Notes under the pieces: model-generated
The model's database searches: none
The model's input: the letters and a program-made list of their open reading frames with translations, nothing else
Told to the model about the DNA's origin: nothing
Origin: Nageia nagi
Lineage: Eukaryota > Plantae > Pinophyta
NCBI GenBank assembly: GCA_050084985.1
Contig: JBITNC010000001.1
Span: forward strand, 203,856,001 to 203,920,000
Reading direction: 5' to 3'
Length of the DNA stretch: 64,000 nucleotides
Position numbers and translations under genes: made by a program
Shown here: in pieces, positions 53,880-64,000 of the stretch
Position numbering within the stretch: position 1 is the first letter of the stretch
How the letters are laid out: every line of letters begins with the position of its first letter

Positions 53880-56571
53880 CTATGTGTGTATGATGATTTA
53901 TTTTGCACTCCATACATGTGTCTTATAGTTTTATAATGTTTGTTTTATATATGTATAGTTTGAATGTTTATAGATGTAGTAGTTAGATCATTGATTATGG
54001 TTATGACTATATGTGAAATGATGGCATATATTTATAATATATGGACTAACTTATGACTATGCAATTTCTTGGTGCCATATGATGGTGACCTACATGTTAT
54101 AAAGAAGATAAATATGAGTGGGGGACCCAAATATATTAAAAAATATTTGGGGAACAACTTCAACCCTAGTGTATGAAGAATGAACTCTAGCTTTTACATA
54201 CATGTAGAAGATGTCATTCAATGGCCCTGGTCAAATTTAAGCTTGATGGAGTAAGAACATATAAAATAATAAGATAATGAAAATAATATTTTGTGAAGGT
54301 CGATTTCCATGTAAGGTGTGAAGAATAAGTGATTTCTCTCATGATGAGAGAGTTGTTCAATGATCAAGTAGAACCATATTTCATTTGAATGTGGAGGATG
54401 AGTAGTAGAAATCAAGTTGAGATATGATATTCAACAGTTTATGAAAAACTAATTTCCATGTTAATGTACAAAATATATTGGATATTAAAATGATAGGGAT
54501 CATCCAATAATCTCGAATTCTACTATTGTAACTAGATGAAATGATTTAATATGGAGAGGTGAATAAAGGAAGTGAAATGTATCAAGTATTATCATAGACA
54601 TCATTAATATGATCAATGATTTTCCCTCAGAATAATAGTAATGTATCATTAAATTTGAATGTCTTGATGAGATGTCTCATCATTGAGAAAATGAAAGAGG
54701 AGATTGATGATGATGTCAAAACACTTGATATTGATACTAAAAAAAAAAGATGTGCAAGAATTAAAATAGCTCAAGGATACATATTTAGAAGCTCTAAAAG
54801 AAGGATGATTTTTGAATGAAAATAAATCATCATGCTTTCGTCCTTTAGCACATGAATCATGCTTAGAATTTTGATTAGATGAGAGGCATTTATTAATTTT
54901 TTTAATTTGAAACCATACTATGATTTCTATCGAAGACTTTTTCTCAAAATATAGTACCTTTTGAGATGAAGAGATTCAAGTCCAAATTTGTGATATTGTA
55001 AATATAATGGGTGTGTATGATGGATGTACTAAATGTGCCCTAATTAGCTTAGCTAGATGAGTTTTTTTAGAAAAGGTTCAAAAATATAATTTTATTGCTA
55101 AAAAGAAAATGGTTAGTGTGGCCAATTCTTTTTGGGATGACATTTTTGTAGTATTTTTTCTCCTTCCTCTTTCATTCTACATTCATGCCTCTTTCTTGAG
55201 GTTATCTTATTAGATGAATGAAGGATGTTTTTCTTTTAATTTTGACTTTTAATTTGTATTATTTTCTCTTTTTCTATTTTTTTTTTAATTGCTATGGATA
55301 CATGCTAGGTTTCTTATCCCAATCTTATGAGGTGGAATGCATACAATGGAGGATGGATGACATATTATCTTTTCATACCTTCCTAGGTGTATCAACCAAC
55401 TAGGTGGCTAGGGATTTTGATGGGTATAGTATGGATGAAGAAGATGGCTATATGAGATGAATTTGAATTTTGATAGTTTTTGTATGGTATGAGATGGTTA
55501 AGATGGGTAGGATCTTGGATTCCTTACTCAAAGGTACAAAAATATAGTTGACATGGTCTAAAGTATAAACCTAAGTATGACTCCACTTTTTTATGTTTTA
55601 GTTATATTGAAGTTATATATAGAAAGTCAAGCATGGAATGGTCTAAGGTGAATGATGTTAATTGTCTCAAAAAATAGTTCACCTTATAATGTAGCTAATC
55701 GATATGCTCTTAATGTGGACTTATATGTGATAATGAATGGACCATGCCAATTGGATGTAAATTTTCCTTTTTTGTGCCTTTTTCCTTCTTTAGTAACTTC
55801 TTAATTTCTTTAAGGACAAGGTCACTGATATGAAATTCCCTAGCCTTGATTTGTTTATTGTAGGATCTTTTGAGACACTCTTGATAGACTTTAATGTGTT
55901 CTAAAGTATTGGAATATTTTTCATCTAGGAGCTCTAGTTTTTATAGTCTGATGTATCATTGATCTTCATCAAAGAGGTATGACTATATGGTGATGCGATG
56001 TAACACTTTATATATTCTTGACTTTACCAAAACCCTAAAATTTAGACCTTTTTTTATTTAATTTGAACACTTAAATGGTTTAGGAATGGAAAAGGTGATC
56101 TAAGTGAGCATGGCAATGTGGCTAGATAGTCAGCACCCACATAGTAAGATTGGTCAAATCTGAATTAACCAACCTTGATCAAAATTTTATGGTTTTCACT
56201 TCTCAATGCTCAAACCCATTGGAAGATGCCACATAGGTTACCCCACCATTTTTGTTCATGAACTATGCAATGGAAAATCTAGTCATGATGTTGTGGTTTT
56301 CTACTTAGGGCCATATCACCCAAGAGAATGTTCATCCATAAGGTTATACCTCTTCACTTTATGTTTATCCCTTCAAATCATAGGGAAAGATATATTATCC
56401 TAAGTAATCTTTTATATGAAATGGGTATAACATCCTTACCTATAGAATAGTCATCATACTCCTATATGCATAACCACATGAGGTATGACTAGTATTTATC
56501 CTCACCTAGTAATTATAGTTTTTTCAACTACTACCTCTATCTAACAACCTGTTAGGGGTATGAGTACTAGC

Positions 56572-56675
56572 CTGCCCATGTTTATTGACTAGGCCCACCA
56601 TGTTGTATGGCATCCCCATGCCCATATTTATTGTCCAGGCCCACCATATTTTTTGGAATTCCCATGCCCATATCT
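56572..56675. repeat. ~47-bp tandem repeat (2+ units)
   Basis: tgcccat.t.tattg...aggcccaccat...tgg.at.cccatgccca repeated. Confidence 0.65.
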
Positions 56676-59600
56676 TGGGGATACATGGATATTAAAATAA
56701 TATCCTCAGGTGGTTTATTTTATCTAGTTACTTTATTTCAAAAGTTATAAAGTAAAAATCACCCTATTCTATTGTTCCTCCAGATATTGATCTCAAACCA
56801 ATTATTGGTCTTCTAGGTTTACATGCTTGATTGATATAAGCAATGAGGTGTATTACAATTTAATCAATGTATTAATAATAAACCACATCTTGTAATGATT
56901 TAAACATATCAATTAAATAATGGTAGTAAACATTTGAAGTGATCATGAGAAGATACAATATAAAGCTTATTCAAGAATATAACATAGAATATACATAATA
57001 GTATCTTAATTCAATAATGGATGATGAGATAAAATAAATAATACTTTAAATGTACAACACTTCCAAGAAGTAATAATAAGTCTTGAGAATCTTCTAAAAG
57101 TTGCTCCTCCTATAAAGGGAGTGTGGCATAAAGTGGTCCTCACTCAGGGCATATATGATTATTTTGCTAGCTCATATCAACATTTTATCTATTAACCATC
57201 ATTTTTTATGATTGTTGTAAACCAATTATCATCATAATATTTTTCATACATTTAACTTGGGATTTAGGTCAATCTTATTTACTAATATGCTTATCCAAAG
57301 ATAACCATATTGGGTTAATTCCTCTTAATTATCTTCCATGATTAACCTAGACTAACATCACTTGTAAGAATTCATAATTGTCATCTATGTTTTCAAATAT
57401 TTTTTACTATTCAAAACCTCTAAATATCCCTTAATATCAATAAAGTATCATAATAAAACTTTTATATTCAACTTTTATAGGATTCTGAGTCATGTACTTA
57501 AGAAGAAGTATTTACTTAATTGATTTACTTTTCTCATGGGCATATTATAGATTTCATTTAGGCTATGTTACACTAGATATTAACCTTATAATATATTTCA
57601 CTTCCTTAGGCAATCATACCTAATTGATCTAAAGAGATATCTAATAAGGTATGTAGCAACCTTGGATTATAATTGGATTTGTATTTATGTATTTCTATAG
57701 GAGATATACTTTGATACATCTTAATGCAAATCTTAATTAGGTTAATAATTAATTCTCTTATCTATTGATTATGATTATTGTTAAACCTAGATGCTTTTCA
57801 CTTATATCTATAAGTGTGTCTTCATAATGCAAATAATTCAACTTATTTTACCCTAAAGTTTTATACTCATCATAGGTTGTAAATTTTATTTTCAAAAATG
57901 ATTTATTCCATTTATTCAAGGATATTATAGTTACATCATATAGATATCTTCTTCAAGTTTATCTTTGATCCTTGATTAAGCCTTGTAGTCAAAATACATT
58001 AAGGTTATATAATTATATGAGGAACTTTGATGTTAGAAATAAGAGTATTTACTAAGTAATCTACTCACAACAAGTCCTTGTAAGAAAAATACAAATTATT
58101 TGTGCATGCTAAAACTATCACCCTTTGATGAACATATTAGGGTTTGCTAAGTTTACAAATTGCAATAACCCCATATTTAATTACATCGCTATCTTGATGA
58201 GTTTACAAAGAGTTCTTCAACTTACATCCACATTCTTATGAAGGATATTTAAAATCTTATCATCTCCAACTCCACACATACAACCAATAGAATCAATACT
58301 TGTAGGTTGTTAGTACTAGGATTAGGTTAGATTTTAATGAGGATCAAGATAGCTATTTCTTATAGTGAAGTACATCCTACTCCTAGATGTGTCATATCTC
58401 AATCCAACATCATTACATCATGTCAAACAATTCCAATCTAAAAAGTGAAAATAGATACTCCATTTTTTATCTCAAGAGGATTTAAGTCTTATTTAAAGAC
58501 TACCTCTCTTCCTCGATCATGGAGTAATTTCAACAATATCACATATGAACATCAATCATTTATCTCATATCACAAATTTGCAAGTAAAATAAAAATTTTC
58601 ACCACTTTTCTTATCCTTGGAAATTATCATGCCAATTAATTAAATCATTTCTCATAATAGATCATGATCCTATAAAGCATTATGGATTATTTCCAATCCT
58701 CTATTTAAAAAAAAAAGATCAAACATTATAATACTTTCACCAATTTCAAATAACAATTTGATATGAAGGTTATATTGGTATGTAAAATCCATCATCTTTC
58801 CTTAATATACTATAACTAGATTAATGGTACTAGTAAAATAATATTCTCATATTCAATCAAGTGGTAAGAAAGTATAAATATATACCATAGTTTGTTCCAA
58901 ACAAGAAATAAACACAAAATCAAAATCAGAGTTAGAAGCATTCCCATTAAAACTAATCAAATAAATTATGCCTCTCTGACATGTGTGTAAACAGGTATTA
59001 GAAGAATATTGAAACAATTAACATTTTATACAAAATATCATTTCACTGAGAGCTTTATATCCTGAAGAGTCTCCACGAAGTTTAACAAGGTTGAGACCAT
59101 ATCAAAAATTTATTAAATGTCTATTGATTTTATGTCTCTAAATGGATGTTTCATCATTTACAAGATGACTCCCTTTATTGTCCAACAAAGCTCATAAAAA
59201 ATGTAACATAAAGGTAAGGATATATTTGAAACTCTCAGGTAAGAATCCCTATTTAGTTTATAGAGGTGATATATCAAGGAAGATAAATTACTATATGCCA
59301 TCAAACACTTTAACCAATAACATCTAATATATAATGATTGGGTAAGATCCATCACCATTACTACACTCATATGGTATAAGGGTATCATTCATATGGTATA
59401 AGGGTATCATAAGTCTTTCCAAGGCAAGGAATATCCTAAGTTTAGATAGAGATATGAGTAAAACAAAACTAAGTCCTCCAAATGGGGACACCTTCCTTTG
59501 GTATATGCATTATCGAGATTGGTAATAAAAGATTATGAACTTCATAGTCTTAGAAATATAGAATTTGGCATAACCACCATATAGTATGGATAATGGTGTA

Positions 59601-62029
59601 GATATCATGCATGCTAAAACCTTCTACTTAGCCTACTTAATATAGAAACTAAGTTTAATACATGTATAACATAGTATCTTTGGGCCTTGTCATTGAGATG
59701 AACATGGTTGGACTAAAACCATGTCTAGGAGATGTCATAGGTATAAATATATTTCCAACATTCAAATATACTATTCATGATTGAGGGAGAGTTTACTTGA
59801 GATGTTAAAAAAGAAATACAGAATTAGCTAAAAGCCAAAATACATGTACGCATGCATCTTATTGCAATAACTTGATTGAGAGGGGCATTTAACAAGAGAA
59901 TGGTAATTCCAACAAAGACTATTAAGTTAACCTAAATCAGGAAAATCCATTTCACTATTATATAAGGAAAAAATATCCATGGAGAAAACATGACCTATAA
60001 CAAGGTCCCTCTATCATCCCTAGTAAGCAAATATTTCCTCTCACTCTAGTAACAAAATAACAAATTAGAAACTTGACAAACTTAAATATGTTCACATATA
60101 ATAGATGTAAGGTATTCTAAAAGGATGTATGAAAATACATCTCTATCCTCTAGTAACCTCATAGAAAAAAAATGATTGACAATTTGAATGGGAAATACTT
60201 GTGACTTGGATGTTGAAGGAATTTCCATAAAAAATTCGAACATATCAAAATTTTCCCAAAATCATGTTAGGCTATTCTAAAGTAGATGCAATGACTTGGA
60301 TCGATTGGGAACTCCTCTAATTGATAAGTAATTGACACTTGGCCTTTGATAATATTTTCCTAAGGGATCCCCAAGATTTAAATAGATACAAAATTAAAGT
60401 GATGAGCGAACAAGACTTCTATTATTAATAGCACTGGTGAAAAAAGGTAAATGAGGTAAAATCACTTTCCTTACCAAGTACATTGGCCTCATACTTGTAG
60501 GGTGATTGAGGGAAAAAAGTAAACCAAGCCCATTACAATGGGGAGACTTGGAAAAGGAGATATGTCAGAATCTTCACATGTTATCACTTTCAAAAAAAAA
60601 TGTATTAAATATTCTAACATTTCAATTGACTAGTTTCTTTTCAAATACAAACATTCACATACAAAAAATGTGCAATTTATTCACATATCATAACTTAAAA
60701 TTTTAAAAATAAATCATGATATAAAATGTAATTGATAACATTCACCCTTTAACAAGTATAATTAACTATAATTTTAGCAAATATATGCTAAAATTAGAAT
60801 GACCACATGAATATTAAATTGGAGAAGAGTGGGGAGAAATGAGCTCGTTTCTACATGGGATCCCAAAGCCAATTTTAAAATATAAGAGAGGTGTGTGTGT
60901 TTTTTTCTTCAAATTACCTAAGGTATTTATAAGAAAAAATTGACACAGTACTCCCAAATAAATTACTATTGAGCCACCTCATGATTCTTGCTAGTGGCAG
61001 ATACAAGAATTTTAATTTTATTATGGAATTTATTCAACCTTTATTTATAAGCCTTAAGGATCAAATAGTTCTTTAATTATTTTTCCCACCTCATACAAAA
61101 TTTTAAGATATGTGGAATGGAATAATATTTAGGTTCTAGGATAGATTAATAATTCTTTATGTAACGACCCACCCAATGGCACTATTTGACCTTTAGTACT
61201 ATCAAGGATGTGAATGAAAACATGTTTGAATTATTGCTATGTGATGATGAATTTTAAGTGGATATATGTATTATTTTTTTCGAGTTGATGTTGGCTTTGA
61301 GATTTTGGGTTACACAAGTGACAGGTCAATCTAGCAAACAAACCAGGATGGAGATCCTAGGGAACCAAGATGAGTGGTTAAGGGAATGGATTGGTAAGAG
61401 CAAGGATATGATTGGTATTGAATTGCTGAGTGAATCATAAGGACCCTTGTAAATCATATAGATGCACCTTAAAACTATGTTTTCGATAATACCTTTGTGT
61501 GTAGATGTGAATGTGCACTAATAAATTTATTTTGCAAGATGAAAGAAATGCTGCAAGTAATAGATGTGTGTTAAAAAACTTGATGTGCATTTTCAAAAAA
61601 TTTATTGACTAATTATAAGGAATATTCCATTGATTGAAATTCAAATTTTAACCAAAGATATTAGTAACAAATAATAAAAACTAAACTTAGGGATAAGAAA
61701 TATCACTAGTCTTTTCTTCATAATTAGGTTACTTTGGCACCTCCAAAAATAATTGAGTTCTCATCCCCACATAATTTATTATTTTATGGTAGGTGCAAAT
61801 GCTTTGAAATAAAGCTTTATAAATGTCCCAAAACCTTTACAAAAAAATAAAAATATCTCCACCTTACATATAAATATGATGGGATCGAACAATAGTTCTT
61901 TTCTTAGAAGGATTAGCCCCATTTGGTCTATAAATATTGAAGACTTTTAAAGGAATAGGAATTCTCTCCCATTCTTTCCAAGAACTTTGGTTTAGAGTCC
62001 TATGGAGAAAAGGATCCCCTCTTTTTAAG

Positions 62030-62965
62030 CTTGACACCTATGACCACTCAGTCATGGAAACTTTGGAGGGTATGTGAAAAGAAGATTGTACGAGTAAATA
62101 AGAAGACCGATTCTCACCATAAATCTCATGGTCTAAGGAGTTTTCAAATGATGTATTTGTTGATATTGGATGCACAAAGGAGGTTAGCAAGAAGAAAAAC
62201 TAATCAATATGCCAAAGGTTATGATCTTTATATTATTTAAACTCATTTTGAATACTATTGGATTCATCCATGATTAGCATTTATCTCATTAAAAGATCAA
62301 TGGTATATAGTATAGTATTTATAGAGACTTCAAGACAAAGATGAAGATGATTTGCTATGTACTAATGACATATTTTAGTACTATGCTTCCAAGTTTTACT
62401 ACAAGACTATTTAAATTTCTCTCCTTATAATAACTCATGCAAGGAAGGTAGTTTCACCTATTGTATGTTTGGATTATATTTAAATAAGATGCTTTAGTTG
62501 ATTAAATTAACTATTTCTTTCTTATTGAATGAATTGTTAACTTTGTGATCTAATGGGTTTATGGTTTACATAATACATTAATGAATGAAGTGGGGAACTA
62601 GGGTTAGAAAATACCACCTAAGTTACATGACCTCACATATGAAACCAAAGAGGATTATGGTTTTTGTTTATTTGCAAGTTATAGAAATCGATTAATAAAA
62701 TTTATGACTTATTAAAAATTATTTGATTGTGAAAATAAATAGGGATCAAATGTATATTATTCAAATGCTTGTAAAATGGTCTAAGGGATCGAAAAGAAAT
62801 AAGAACCCTAAATAAATCCACTATCATCCCAAATGTTTGGAAAGGATCCCAAATTAGTCATATGGACTCAAATTTAGATTTAGGACCATACGGGAAATAA
62901 TGGGTATCTTTGGGATTAAAATAGGAATAGATGGGATCATTTGGGATTCCATGGAAAACACTATG
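62030..62965 (+). mobile_element. Possible decayed hAT 3' end
   Basis: 'RRLARRKTNQYAKG' resembles hAT C-termini; clustered GGGAT/ATCCC motifs at 62820-62950 ending in AAAACACTA. Confidence 0.25.
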
Positions 62966-64000
62966 GGATTTAAATAGTAAAGTTTTTTGAACACAACTAA
63001 AATGAGGTTTGAACTTAAACTAGTGAATTATATCTTTAAGGTGTGACATGTACACACTCTCAAGCTTAAATGCACAAAAGAATATGATGAATTTTATATG
63101 GGTAATGAAATTCAATATGTCATTTGAATAAAATCAGGGCACGATCATCAGGAGTATTCGCTCACATGAGAAGGCATGAATACTTGATGAATGTACCCTC
63201 GTAGTTACAAAGAAAGGATGAGGACTAAATAAAATCGATAAGGTATCAATATGTAATCTATGTGGGATATATGTCCATAAATAGTGAACCTTATGAAGCC
63301 GATAATTTGATAATTTTTTATTTTTTTTTTAAATGATCTTAACTGTAGGGGTTTTAGATTGTGAATGTTTGGATTGTGTTACACTTTACCACCTCACCCC
63401 TAGATTAAATATTTTTTGTCCATCCCTAAATTTATTATCAGCAGAAATAAAATACCTTAGTGAGAAATAAAATTTAGGTATCTACAATATTTCATTGCAA
63501 TATTCTAGGTAATTAATTAATTCTCCATATGCCATAGCCCAAATTTGCTGTGAATTTTCTTGTCGTATTTTATTGCAATGTTATATTGTGTGAGTTAAAC
63601 ACTTGTACTTTTGATATAAATATATATACATATTTTGTGCCTATTTGATGGGTGATATGATAGTTCTATGATGAATAATAGAAATTGATCCTATCATATT
63701 ATTTATTAAAGTACACATTACTATTGAGATGCTTATTGTGATGTGTAGGGATAAGTGTATGAAGGCAGGATGCTCTCAGGTGGAATAAAAATGATAGCTT
63801 GATAAGATTCAAAAGATCATTTGAGATCTAAGAGAACAATATAGACAGTCTCAGGAAGGTAAATTATCATATAGGTTGCATGAGATGAGGATCCAAAAAG
63901 GTAGTCTCCATTGATGTATGATGTTTATTATGCTTGTGATATGTTGTCTCTTGCTTATTGTTGTGGGTGCAAATTAAATTAGTTCGAGGATTTTATTCAT

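Noticed and set aside
53900-56500. Short ORFs in AT-rich decayed sequence
   Set aside because: Low complexity, no motifs or splice logic; cannot be assigned without a search.

Overview
AT-rich plant nuclear DNA, most likely gymnosperm (inferred from the very long, TE-filled intron and the LTR types). The only host gene recognised is the 3' end of a SPOUT1/C9orf114-type methyltransferase on +. It has three short exons (5042-5111, 22169-22246, 22382-22444) and a 17-kb intron packed with decayed retroelements. The rest is nested transposon debris: a Ty3/gypsy pol fragment fused to a hAT transposase, two Ty1/copia remnants, three Tat-like Ty3/gypsy elements (one with a tRNA-Trp PBS, one carrying an antisense, spliced plant-mobile-domain gene), several solo LTRs, and two families of tRNA-Met-primed LTR elements that keep gag and protease but lack RT, RNase H and integrase. 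The most unusual signal is in one of those families (6647-12233; second copy 48798-51578). In place of RT-RH-IN it carries about 22 in-frame decapeptide repeats (W-H-P-T-L-x-L/M-E-x-x) fused to the protease, followed by a unique C-terminal region. All calls are by eye; no database searches were run.
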